Source: a virus. Taken from it: a stretch of 64,000 bases of DNA. Shown here piece after piece: positions 1 to 9,319 of this stretch. The position numbers and the translations under genes were made by a program. The stretch's first letter is position 1. Every line of letters begins with the position of its first letter. The stretch lies in the IMG/VR virus record IMGVR_UViG_2511231141_000002; one strand, given 5' to 3'. The notes beneath the pieces were generated by a model. It was given only the letters and a program-made list of their open reading frames with translations, was not told the DNA's origin and made no database searches.

Positions 1-56
1 ACCGAATGTAAATTTTATTTTACACCCTATATCCAAGAACGGAACCCGCTCGTGCA

Positions 57-1364
57 TTACGATTTGACAAGCCTTAACTTCGTATACTGAAGCTCTAAGC
101 TGTTTGCCAAACGCTCCATCGCCATCGCCGCTTGCCGGAGAACCAGGGCCTCAGACTGCCAGGTCTCCGCCTTTTGCGGATACTCGCACATCAACTTCTG
201 GATAAACGCTTCGGCCTCCTCGTCTGAAACAAAGATGAAATCCGCTGCCGCACTGACGATCTTGTGCAGCGTTCGATATGCCTGCATGAGTTCGTGGAAC
301 GATTCTTTCTCGCGCTCGATGCGCTGCCACTCAGGATCCACGGTCTTCGCCGTCGAAGCCACCCGGGGCTGTGCGAGTTCGGCACCTTCCTTGAGCCTTG
401 TGTTCTCCGCTTTGAGTCGTTCGATGCGCTCCTGGTGTTGTTGCAAGACCACCTTCAGCGATTCGTATTTTTCCTCAAGCGCCTGCCGCTCCCGGTCGAT
501 TTCGACCGCTCGGCGTTTCCAGTCCTCGATTTCGCGTAGCACCGCATCGGGCACCACCTCGACACGCTCGGCGGGCCGGTTCTGCAATCGCCGGATCTCT
601 GATTCCAACTCCGCAATGCGCGCCAGATCCTCATCGCGTCCGCGTTCGCGCAGCGTCGCCAATTCCTGCTGCAACCTGGCCGTCTCGCGATCCCGTTGTT
701 CGGCCTCTTCGAGTCGCTTACGCAGTTCCTTCGTCTCCGCCACGGTGCGCGAGGCAATTTCGTCACCCAAGGCCTTGTAGAGGCTGCGCTGAATTTCGGG
801 ACTCAAATAAGCCAATTGCTCAGCGGCGGTGGTGCCGAGTTTGCCGGAAGAGACGAGATACTGTAGCTCTGGGATGAGGTCGTTCAACTTGAGTAACCGT
901 TCTGTCGAACGTTGAGGCTCGCCAATCGCTTCGGCAACATCCTTGATCGTTTTCAAACCGCCATTTTGGCGGTTTGCTCCTTCGGAATCCGAAACGTTCT
1001 TTCTCTCTCCTCCCCGCCTGATCTTCCAATACTCCGCCAAAAACTTCGCCCTTCTGGCCTTTCGCATTGGATCGCGGTCTTCTCCGCGTCGCTCCTCGTT
1101 ATCAGCAATCAACAAGTACTCCGCCTCTTGCTCCGAAATGTCGTAAATCACAACAGGCACGCGCTCCAACCCAAGCTCTTTCGCAACGCGCCAGCGCTGG
1201 TGACCCGCGATAATCGTCCCATCCGGCAACACCTTCAGCGGATCCCGGATCCCGTGGGCCTCAATGCTACGCCTCAGCTCTTCGTACTTCTCACCCGTCA
1301 GGTCCGCGTAGTACTCCGCATTCTTCGGGTGGGGCTTCAGACGGTGGATGCTCATCTCGCTCAT
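57..1364 (-). CDS. ParB/Srx N-terminal domain protein with HTH and coiled-coil tail (paralog 1)
   Basis: HRLKPHPKN...GIRDPLKV...IIAGHQRW motif; GAGGAGG RBS places the start at ATG 1364 rather than 1382. Confidence 0.88.
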   Translation of the reverse strand: MSEMSIHRLKPHPKNAEYYADLTGEKYEELRRSIEAHGIRDPLKVLPDGTIIAGHQRWRVAKELGLERVPVVIYDISEQEAEYLLIADNEERRGEDRDPMRKARRAKFLAEYWKIRRGGERKNVSDSEGANRQNGGLKTIKDVAEAIGEPQRSTERLLKLNDLIPELQYLVSSGKLGTTAAEQLAYLSPEIQRSLYKALGDEIASRTVAETKELRKRLEEAEQRDRETARLQQELATLRERGRDEDLARIAELESEIRRLQNRPAERVEVVPDAVLREIEDWKRRAVEIDRERQALEEKYESLKVVLQQHQERIERLKAENTRLKEGAELAQPRVASTAKTVDPEWQRIEREKESFHELMQAYRTLHKIVSAAADFIFVSDEEAEAFIQKLMCEYPQKAETWQSEALVLRQAAMAMERLANSLELQYTKLRLVKS

Positions 1365-1641
1365 ATCGTTCGACCTCCTCACCTTGAGGGTGGGATGCAG
1401 GACAAAGACCGGACCAAATCAGTAGCGATTGTACAGCCTGCGCCTGGCGAAGGACAAAAACCGCCCTGCATCCTTTGCAGAACGGCGTAGATCATTTAAA
1501 CGAGCGCAGGAATTCGCCTGGCGCAACGTGACCAACCTGTAACCGACGAAAGTGCTTCTGGTTCCAAGTCAAGACCGTCGGACACTTGCTGTGTCGCGCT
1601 TTCGCGGCAATGTATGCGCAGGGGGGGCACCTCTCTCCACA

Positions 1642-1863
1642 TCAACAATTGCCCGAATGAAACGTGCTCAACGGATTCGCTGGATTGAGCGGGCTGAGTG
1701 GACTGGCCGGATTCGCTGGATTGAGCGGGCTGAGTGGACTGGCCGGATTCGTCGGATCAAGCAGGTCAAATCGGTCGCTACGTTTCCGTTGATTATGGGT
1801 ATTTGGCTTGCGCGTGTTTCCGTTGGTCGACTTCCCGTTTGTTGACTTTTGGGTGTTGTCCAT
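1642..1863 (-). CDS. Small protein with NPASPLSPL repeats
   Basis: GAGGAGG RBS; ORF carries 12-aa tandem repeats. Confidence 0.55.
   Translation of the reverse strand: MDNTQKSTNGKSTNGNTRKPNTHNQRKRSDRFDLLDPTNPASPLSPLNPANPASPLSPLNPANPLSTFHSGNC
1672..1751. repeat. 36-bp tandem repeat (2.2 copies), coding
   Basis: CGGATTCGCTGGATTGAGCGGGCTGAGTGGACTGGC at 1672 and 1708, partial third copy. Confidence 0.9.
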
Positions 1864-2007
1864 ATCGAGCATGCCTCCTCACCGGGTTTTGTCCTACGTA
1901 TTAAGAGTGTTTTATGAACCTCCACCGCCTGTCGCTTCGCGCATGGGAAGGAGAATGCGCGGACAGAGTGATAGAATATACCAACGGTGAGATTGTAGAT
2001 ATTCCAC

Positions 2008-3132
2008 CTAATTCCATAGTCGCCATGTCTCTTTCCTGAACAACTGAAAACGGTTATCGCGCGATGCACGCGGCAGTGCCCATCGTTCCTTCCACCAACT
2101 AGCGAGATCTGAGAAAGGAAAATCAAAGAAATCTATAACATCTGTTTCGCCTCGTAGAAACTCAGGTGCGTTCTTGGCTAAGGGAGCCACAAAAATTTCC
2201 CTAGCAACGCCATGATATATTAGAGTCTGTGGTAATTCGAGTATTTTCAGTGCTTTCAGAATCACTTCACGTCTATTTCGAAAACCGGATCCCCAATCTT
2301 TGTGTTTGGCTGTTGGCGCATACGTCTGTTCTACAATCGTTATGATCTCCTTATATAAACCGTTGATGTAAGGAAATTCGCCGGATCCGCTCGTAAATCC
2401 GACCGAGTGCATCACAAGAAGATCTCGGTATTTTACGCGATTATAAATAGACGATTTACCAAGGGCGGATGTAGTCGTGACCAAGACAAGCGGCCCGGTT
2501 AACTTTTTGCTAATACGCGTGATGCGATTTGCATATCGACGCTCGAATACTTCACGTACCTCGTTGCTAACCACTGCTAACGCAACCAATTTGCCTCCTA
2601 AAAGATGGTTGTACGGTGGTACGGCTCCTAACACGAAAGCATCCATCACATTTGCCAGCCGAAGCCGACGCTGTTCTTTCGACCATCCGATCCACTGGTC
2701 TCGGTCAGCTAGTGCAAAGACAGGGTCACATAACCCGAAGATCCCTATCAGTCGGTCGTGTGCTGCATCCCAAACAAGAAATCTCAGTCGCCTGCCATAC
2801 CCAGCAGATACAGGTATACTCCAATGAAGACGCACGTAGCGAAATAGAAGTTCTTCCACTGTATCCGGTTTGACTTCTATCAACGTTGGGGTAATAATGG
2901 CTGGATTTATCTCATTCCCGTTAGCAATCCAGCCAAGCAACTCATCTTCATGTCGCTGAAGATTTCGCTTTGCTCGTTCAATGTTGTAAGCGCAAGCCTT
3001 GGCATGCAATGCACGTAAGGCATTTTTGTCCGACGCACAAAAATAAAGTCTTCTTCCATCCCAGTAAAAGCCCTGTCTTCGAAGAACATCAAGAATTTTT
3101 CGCCTAAGAACTTGTTTCTCAACTTCTGTCAT
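2008..3132 (-). CDS. DUF4338 / Druantia DruA-like protein
   Basis: GRRLRFLVWD...LIGIFGLCDPV...GAVPPYNHLLGGKLVA motifs. Confidence 0.75.
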   Translation of the reverse strand: MTEVEKQVLRRKILDVLRRQGFYWDGRRLYFCASDKNALRALHAKACAYNIERAKRNLQRHEDELLGWIANGNEINPAIITPTLIEVKPDTVEELLFRYVRLHWSIPVSAGYGRRLRFLVWDAAHDRLIGIFGLCDPVFALADRDQWIGWSKEQRRLRLANVMDAFVLGAVPPYNHLLGGKLVALAVVSNEVREVFERRYANRITRISKKLTGPLVLVTTTSALGKSSIYNRVKYRDLLVMHSVGFTSGSGEFPYINGLYKEIITIVEQTYAPTAKHKDWGSGFRNRREVILKALKILELPQTLIYHGVAREIFVAPLAKNAPEFLRGETDVIDFFDFPFSDLASWWKERWALPRASRDNRFQLFRKETWRLWN

Positions 3133-3150
3133 TCTCCAGAAACACCTCCC

Positions 3151-4380
3151 CTAATGGGAAAGGCACTTTTTTATATCTTTGACGATAAAAGTGGCCAACC
3201 TCACCGGAACTGCGTTCCCCAATTGGCGCATGCTTTCCGTCCAGGACCCGCTGAAATGGTATTCGTCCGGGAAAGTCTGTAGGCGTGCGCTCTCACGAAC
3301 CGTAAAGTAACGTACGCTACCATCCGGTTTCACAAGCATGTTTTCTCCTCCGGGAACACCGTGATCCCCGGCTTTAAGTGTTTTCGCTGGCTCGTCGAGC
3401 GGACTCCCGGTGTGACCCGGATAGATGCGAGCTCCTGGGTTGAAGCGATGATCAGGTATGACGTTATCGTATTCGTTTTCCGGGTCTGGAAGATCGGAAA
3501 TGGCATCGCGTACCGTCATCCAAGGTGCCCCCTGTACTAATCCCAACCCTCCTCGAAGACGTTCGATTCTCTTCTTAAGTTTGTCGGGCATTTCAGGGCG
3601 ATGCTTTTTCGCCACTCGATGTCGTTCCCAATAATCTCCAGTGACCCATTGATCGTACAAGAGAGCGTCGAAGGAATGCGTGGGTTCAGGAAAAGACCAT
3701 TCGATATTCAAATCGCTTCGAAAACCGACGATAAACACCCGTTCCCTCTTTTGCGGCACCCCGTAATCGGCAGCGTTAAGCAAGCGAAATACCACATGGT
3801 ATGTAAGACCCTCGTGATGTCCTTTGGTATGATGCCGTTCCAATCGAGATAAGTGATCCGTCCAGTCTTCGTTTTCCTTGGAGGCAATTTCCGGATAAGA
3901 AAGTTGAAGAAGTATGTATTCGAAATACTTTGCGAAGGTATCCCGAAGCAATCCTTTCACATTTTCGATTAAGACGACTTTCGGTTGAATTTCCCGAACG
4001 GCCCTGATCATTTCCGGAAACATATTCCGATGATCCTTAAAGCCACGGTGTTTTCCGCCCAATGAAAACGGCTGACACGGCGGGCCTCCAGCTAGAAGGT
4101 CGATGCCTTGATATTGGGTGAAATCGACATCTCTCACGTCGCATTGATGAATCGGCCAATTTTGTACCTGAGCCACGTTTCTCTCTTTATTGAGACGAAT
4201 GGTGTCACATGCGTCTCGGTCCCACTCGTATAATCCTACATGCCGAAATCCGGCATTAGATATTCCCATCGCTAGGCCACCGGCTCCAGCAAAAAGTTCA
4301 ACTGACCTCTCGCGAAGGTCACCGTAATCCTGGCGGATACGCTCGTCTACGCGAATGTCCTCAATGCGGAGCTTCGTCAT
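3151..4380 (-). CDS. C5 cytosine DNA methyltransferase (M.Eco29kI/SacII-like by recall) with a ParB-like N-terminal 22 aa
   Basis: ELFAGAGG, GGPPCQPFS, ENVKGL, QKRERVF, GNAVPV motifs. Confidence 0.93.
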   Translation of the reverse strand: MTKLRIEDIRVDERIRQDYGDLRERSVELFAGAGGLAMGISNAGFRHVGLYEWDRDACDTIRLNKERNVAQVQNWPIHQCDVRDVDFTQYQGIDLLAGGPPCQPFSLGGKHRGFKDHRNMFPEMIRAVREIQPKVVLIENVKGLLRDTFAKYFEYILLQLSYPEIASKENEDWTDHLSRLERHHTKGHHEGLTYHVVFRLLNAADYGVPQKRERVFIVGFRSDLNIEWSFPEPTHSFDALLYDQWVTGDYWERHRVAKKHRPEMPDKLKKRIERLRGGLGLVQGAPWMTVRDAISDLPDPENEYDNVIPDHRFNPGARIYPGHTGSPLDEPAKTLKAGDHGVPGGENMLVKPDGSVRYFTVRESARLQTFPDEYHFSGSWTESMRQLGNAVPVRLATFIVKDIKKCLSH

Positions 4381-4415
4381 GCAATCGCCTCCTCAACTGA
4401 GAGGCGATTGCATGA

Positions 4416-4451
4416 CAAAAAAGCCGCCCCACCACGCCGGCAGGGCGGCTT
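4416..4451 (-). terminator. Rho-independent terminator
   Basis: AAGCCGCCC/GGGCGGCTT stem followed by a T-run on the minus strand. Confidence 0.7.
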
Positions 4452-4453
4452 CC

Positions 4454-5044
4454 TCATTGCGCTACGCGATGTTGCCCATCGTCCAGATTCGCCAATGTCC
4501 ACATCCGCGCCTCGATTCGTTCTCGAAGGACGCGGCTGATCTCTTCGCGTAACACTACCAGGACGGTCTCTTCGTCGACATTCGAAACTTTCGCCATCAC
4601 CGCTTTGACGGCAGGCACCACCAAACCATAGAGCTCCCGGTCCAACTCGTATCGAATCGTCGCGACGGCAAATCCAATGTCGAAAAAACACCCCCTGGAG
4701 ATTTTCTGCAGCGACATGGCTCGTTCTGCCAACGCCATCACAGCCACCTTGGTCTCGTCCGGGTGTTCGTTCGCAAACTGAGCCGTCTTGGACTTCGATC
4801 CCAGCATCTCGATTCTCCGCAAGACCGCCGGAACAATGTCGCTCTCAACAAACCGAAGGGACGGCTCAACTGCGCCGTCTTCGAGGAACGCGTTGGTCTC
4901 GCGCCAGACCATCTTGGCTAACTGATTAAGAATCCCTTGGGGCACGACACGGCCTGTGAGTTCCGACAACGTACGCATGGCAAATCGTCCCGCAGCTCGC
5001 GCTTCGAGACGACGTTCCTGCTCGTAGAAATCGTAAGCGCCCAT
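4454..5044 (-). CDS. Hypothetical protein
   Basis: Start MGAYDF overlaps the ParB2 stop (TGATG), consistent with translational coupling. Confidence 0.7.
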   Translation of the reverse strand: MGAYDFYEQERRLEARAAGRFAMRTLSELTGRVVPQGILNQLAKMVWRETNAFLEDGAVEPSLRFVESDIVPAVLRRIEMLGSKSKTAQFANEHPDETKVAVMALAERAMSLQKISRGCFFDIGFAVATIRYELDRELYGLVVPAVKAVMAKVSNVDEETVLVVLREEISRVLRERIEARMWTLANLDDGQHRVAQ

Positions 5045-6312
5045 CAGCGGTCCCTCCGGAACATCAGGACATTGTTCGACTTGACGCCTTCGCACTTCTT
5101 CGCAAGGTTCGTCAACGCCTCAGCAGTCACATAGAGCACGGACACAAAGTGATCCCGAACTTCGTCTGAGACGGATTCCGGTTCCCAAACCGCAAGCATG
5201 CCCGCGACGTCTTGACGCACCTCGTACAGCTTGGATTCGAGATTACGCAGCGCGGCATAGCTCGCTTCGGAATTCCCCGCCGACTCGAAGGTCTTCTCCA
5301 ATCGCTGGCGCGCAAGGCGTTCCTTGATCGCCTCGTCCTCCGCCTGACGTTTGGCTTCCAACGCGGCGGCCTTCTCTTTGCGAAGCTTGTCTGCAAGACG
5401 TTCCTGCTCCGCGAGTGACGCTTTCAGTTCGTCATTCTGCTTACGCAGATCGTCGAGCGCCCGCTTGATCTCCTCTGACACAACCTCGATGCGCGGCCGC
5501 TCAGCCAGTTCCCGCCGCGCCTGTTCCAACTCGCGCTGCGTGTCCTCCAGCGCCGCTCGAAGCGCAGCGGGTTCGTCTTTTGCCGCTTCAATTTCGCGGG
5601 TAAGTCGCTGAAGCGAGCCTTCCAGTTCGCGTACCCGCTTTTCTGCAGCTTCCCGCAAACGACGTTCCTCTTCGATCTGACGACGGATCTCCTTTGCTTC
5701 TGCAACCGTGCGCTCGCCAATGGCCTCGCCAAAGGCTTGAAATAACGCGCGTTGCTCATCGGGCGTCAGATGGGCAAGCTGTTCTGCGGCGGTTGTGCCG
5801 AGTTTGCTTGCGGACACGAGAGTTTGGAGTTCTGGAATCAGATCGTTAAGCTTCAGCAATCTCGGTAAGTGCGCAGCATCCGTTCCCACAGCCTCTGCGA
5901 TGTCCTTGCTCGTCTTGGGGGATTCACCATTTTGGTTAACCCTCGAATACTGATTGACGCCGCGGTGTACTCCCCAATACTCCTTGAGGAACTTCGCCCG
6001 CTTCGCCTTCCTGATCGGGTCGTTGTCCTCGCCCCGGCGTTCCTCGTTGTCCGCGATCAGCAGGTATTCGGCCTCCACTTGGCTTACGTCGTAGATCACA
6101 ACGGGCACTTGCTCGATCCCGAGTTCCCTCGCGATTCGGAATCGCTGATGGCCTGCGATGATGGTCCCATCCGGCAAAATTTTGAGTGGATCGCGGATGC
6201 CGTGCGTCGCGATGCTCCGCTTCAACTCCTCATACTTCTCTCCGGCAATGTCGGTGAAGTATTCGGCGTTCCTGGGATGCGGTTTGAGCCTGTCGACATG
6301 GATCGTGCTCAT
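5044..6312 (-). CDS. ParB/Srx N-terminal domain protein with coiled-coil tail (paralog 2)
   Basis: N-terminal half closely similar to 57..1364; GGAGGGG RBS before ATG 6312. Confidence 0.88.
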   Translation of the reverse strand: MSTIHVDRLKPHPRNAEYFTDIAGEKYEELKRSIATHGIRDPLKILPDGTIIAGHQRFRIARELGIEQVPVVIYDVSQVEAEYLLIADNEERRGEDNDPIRKAKRAKFLKEYWGVHRGVNQYSRVNQNGESPKTSKDIAEAVGTDAAHLPRLLKLNDLIPELQTLVSASKLGTTAAEQLAHLTPDEQRALFQAFGEAIGERTVAEAKEIRRQIEEERRLREAAEKRVRELEGSLQRLTREIEAAKDEPAALRAALEDTQRELEQARRELAERPRIEVVSEEIKRALDDLRKQNDELKASLAEQERLADKLRKEKAAALEAKRQAEDEAIKERLARQRLEKTFESAGNSEASYAALRNLESKLYEVRQDVAGMLAVWEPESVSDEVRDHFVSVLYVTAEALTNLAKKCEGVKSNNVLMFRRDR

Positions 6313-6360
6313 AAAAAATCCCCTCCTACTGGAGGGGTGTTTGCAGGGCAAATTGTACTT

Positions 6361-6960
6361 TTACTTCGAAGTCCCGCTGGCAGTTCGCAGATACTCGCCC
6401 GGCGTGATGGAACGCACACCTAATCGCCTGAAATGCTTCTGATTCCAAGTCAGCACATCCGAACTCCCGCTATGCTTTTCCTTGACGGCAATATAAGCGT
6501 CGATATAGTCCACGTGCTGCTCGTCGTAGTCCCGCAGTGCCTCTAATCGGATTCGCACATAGAAAAACCCCCTCTCTACTTGAGGGGGATTGCACGACAA
6601 AACGCCGCGTTGCTGTACCGCGATGACCGTTCGCCAAACTTCCAAGAGCCGGTCATCAACACACCGCGATTCTCCCATGTCGCGACAGGAACAACCGATC
6701 ACGATTGGGAGATTCCGGACACACCAAAACGCCCACCGCAGCGCAAGCACGATACGCTTTCGCCGAGACAAGCTCGTATCACACCATATGAGACGTGCAC
6801 CGACATACGGATACACCACCAACGCCCGGAAGAGCACGGAAGGCACAAGCCTTAAGCTGTAGAACCGTCGCGTCTCCTCGTAGAGTCGTATCATCGTGCC
6901 GACCACAAGGGCGGCAAGTACACACACTGCGCTCCAACACAAGACAAACGCCAAGCCCAT
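6361..6960 (-). CDS. Membrane protein reading through into a PIN-domain C-terminal fragment
   Basis: N-terminus is paralogous to 8284..8634; tail VDYIDAYIA...DVLTWNQKHF resembles a PIN C-terminus. Confidence 0.55.
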   Translation of the reverse strand: MGLAFVLCWSAVCVLAALVVGTMIRLYEETRRFYSLRLVPSVLFRALVVYPYVGARLIWCDTSLSRRKRIVLALRWAFWCVRNLPIVIGCSCRDMGESRCVDDRLLEVWRTVIAVQQRGVLSCNPPQVERGFFYVRIRLEALRDYDEQHVDYIDAYIAVKEKHSGSSDVLTWNQKHFRRLGVRSITPGEYLRTASGTSK

Positions 6961-7088
6961 CGCACCATCGCCCCCTATCTGGGCGGCGCGCGCAGGACAA
7001 AAACCTCAAACTGTTTCCGCCTTGGGCCTGCGCGAGCGTGCGGAAAATTACAACCCCCCGAGTCGTCGGCGACGTATCTGTTGCCCAC

Positions 7089-7475
7089 TTATCTCCGCGC
7101 CACCAACCTGTTCGCCTGATACACCACCCAGTCCCCGCTCTCCACGCGCGCGTTGCCGTTAACCTTCTGCTTTGGCACGCAGTACACCCAACCCCGCAAC
7201 CCATTCGCCAAATCCTTGACGATCACGCGGTCATAAAGCTGTGGGTATCCCTCCAGCCGATCCAGTGCCTTGAGCCCTTCCTCCGTGACCTTCACCCACT
7301 CGCCGACGACCACGCCGTCTTCTTCCAACGTCACCGCAGGAAACGCGCCCCAGTCGTACATCGCGCCGCGAATTTGCCCCATACCAAGTTCGCTGACCAA
7401 ATACGGCTCGACTACCGTGCGATTCGGCTGATCTTTTCGCAAGGTTCCGTACACAAAGAACGTATGCGTGTGCAT
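7089..7475 (-). CDS. Gamma-glutamylcyclotransferase (AIG2/YtfP-like)
   Basis: FVYGTLR...LDRLEGYP..Y.R motif; GGGAGG RBS. Confidence 0.88.
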   Translation of the reverse strand: MHTHTFFVYGTLRKDQPNRTVVEPYLVSELGMGQIRGAMYDWGAFPAVTLEEDGVVVGEWVKVTEEGLKALDRLEGYPQLYDRVIVKDLANGLRGWVYCVPKQKVNGNARVESGDWVVYQANRLVARR

Positions 7476-7863
7476 ATGCACATTCCTCCCCAAACACATT
7501 CTAGCTTAAATTCTAATATAAACCTTTCTATGGGTCAAGAAGACAAGCTATCCAAATTATATTGAAAACATTGAGTGTTCGTGATAGGCTTGTACTGGGA
7601 GGGAAACCTCTCTTGGGCACCCCCTTCGTGGGAAGGGGGTGAGAGGGATGCTGCACGGAATCGCCTGTGTGCTCGGAGTGATTCTGTGGGGCTAGCCCGT
7701 GTGGGTTATGCCATCGCGGACATCATTCGGGTCTTACATGGCGAACCCCGCCTGGGCCGCAATCCAAAGGCGGGGAAGCCACATCGACCTCGCAGGAGGG
7801 GTTAACCCTCCTGCTATGTTCATGATTATCGTACCACACAAATCCATATGCGTCTACAGGCTA

Positions 7864-7936
7864 AGCCCGCGACAGGACTCGAACCTGCAACCGGCCGCTT
7901 ACAAGGCGGCTGCTCTGCCTGTTGAGCTACGTGGGC
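7864..7936 (-). tRNA. tRNA-Thr(UGU), CCA not encoded
   Basis: GCCCACG acceptor with one mismatch, GCTC/GAGC D-stem, GCCGC-CTTGTAA-GCGGC anticodon arm, GGTTCGAGTCC T-arm. Confidence 0.92.
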
Positions 7937-8212
7937 ATGATAAAGGCCCGATGCTCGCGAAACACCGGACCAAAACAAACCGTCCCCTTGCAGGAGATTG
8001 ACCTCGAACGACACGTAGCAGGGTCTGAACATAACTGCGGAAACTCCGAAAGCATGAGCGAAGCCCAGGCGGACGGCCGGCGGAGGTTGGGAGACCGGAG
8101 CCGGCCGGACGCCTGAGCCCAGCCCATCGCAGAGGAATGACCAACGTCGTGCGATGAGCAACGCGCGCGTCTCTGGAAAACTCCAGAGATGATCTTGACC
8201 TAGGCAAACCTA

Positions 8213-8267
8213 ATTATAGCACATCTGTTGGACAGAGACTATAGGGACACTGTGCAATCGATGTCAA
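8213..8267 (-). promoter_or_regulatory. Sigma-A promoter(s) upstream of the tRNA region
   Basis: TTGACA-18-TATAGT and an extended -10 TGCTATAAT on the minus strand. Confidence 0.65.
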
Positions 8268-8283
8268 CTTTTATGGTCCACTC

Positions 8284-8634
8284 TTAGGCACTGATTACCA
8301 ATTGCCTCCATACATCATAAACACGCGCTACACCTTGGGTAGGATCTTGGAGCCAACGACAAGCTGCGTCCACCGTGATCGACAAATATCGATAGCACCA
8401 GAGCACCCATCGCACACACAACGCCCCGCGTTGGCGACGCTGCATGTTTTGCTCCCGCCACAACAACTTGACTCCAACGATCGGATACCAGAAAACCACT
8501 ATTCCAAATACATACGGTGTGTATCTTGTGTATCGTATGTCCTGATACGTCAACTGCAACCGAACCGCGATTCCCACCATCAGCGCGCCGAAAACGAGCG
8601 CTGCGGTCCATGTCGTCACAAAACGAAGTCCCAT
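8284..8634 (-). CDS. Small membrane protein (paralog of the 6960 ORF)
   Basis: MGLRFVTTW vs MGLAFVLCW; shared YP..G..L.W and RW..WC motifs. Confidence 0.7.
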   Translation of the reverse strand: MGLRFVTTWTAALVFGALMVGIAVRLQLTYQDIRYTRYTPYVFGIVVFWYPIVGVKLLWREQNMQRRQRGALCVRWVLWCYRYLSITVDAACRWLQDPTQGVARVYDVWRQLVISA

Positions 8635-8650
8635 AGATCCGTGACCTCTC

Positions 8651-9280
8651 TCAGGCCAGAACTGCATTGGGCTCGCGACTTCTCGCGATTGCCTTTCTCG
8701 CTTTTTTCCGCAACCGCTGCACCGCATTGTCCACCGTTTTATACCCGCACTGTAAGATACGCTGGATCTCCACGTATGAATGCCCCTCGAGCCGCAACCG
8801 CCACACCGCGCGTTCGAGCTCCGTCAATCTCAGCCCCCAATGCCGCTCTGCCCATGCCACGAGTTCCTCTGGACCCGCACTTTGCGGTGGCCCAAACACC
8901 ATATCGTCCACACTCGGTGCCGTACGATCAACGAACACGTCCAGCACCGTGCGCTCCGAGTCCTCGATCCATGGGCACTCCGCGTCGAGCGACAGAGCCG
9001 TCAGATGCCAGAAGTGCTTTTGCCGCCGCGCCATCTTGAGCACGGTGACGAGTTCTCGCTTGACGCACATCTTGGCGAAAGCCAGGAACGGCGTTTGCCC
9101 GTCGTACCCACGCACCGCTTTCCAAAACCCAATCAGAGCGTGCTGCATCACGTCGTCGCGTTCTGCTCCGGGGATCCAATATCCATGCGCCCAGCGGCGC
9201 AGTCTGTCGCGAAATTCTTGATAAAGCGCCATGAAAGCGTCTTGGTCACCGGATTTTGCTGCAAGCACCAACGTGTCCAT
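8651..9280 (-). CDS. sigH: Element-encoded SigH-like sigma factor
   Basis: GAERDDVMQHALIGFWKAVRGY, FAKMCVKRELVTVLKMARRQKH, SYVEI...KTVDNAVQR align with Bacillus SigH regions 2-4. Confidence 0.85.
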   Translation of the reverse strand: MDTLVLAAKSGDQDAFMALYQEFRDRLRRWAHGYWIPGAERDDVMQHALIGFWKAVRGYDGQTPFLAFAKMCVKRELVTVLKMARRQKHFWHLTALSLDAECPWIEDSERTVLDVFVDRTAPSVDDMVFGPPQSAGPEELVAWAERHWGLRLTELERAVWRLRLEGHSYVEIQRILQCGYKTVDNAVQRLRKKARKAIARSREPNAVLA

Positions 9281-9319
9281 AAGAATCGCCCCCAACAGTG
9301 GGGGCGGTGCAGGGCAGTT

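Noticed and set aside
1672-1751. 36-bp repeat as a fourth guide array
   Set aside because: The period is a codon multiple, it encodes NPASPLSPL repeats, and it lacks the GGY register and the conserved tail.
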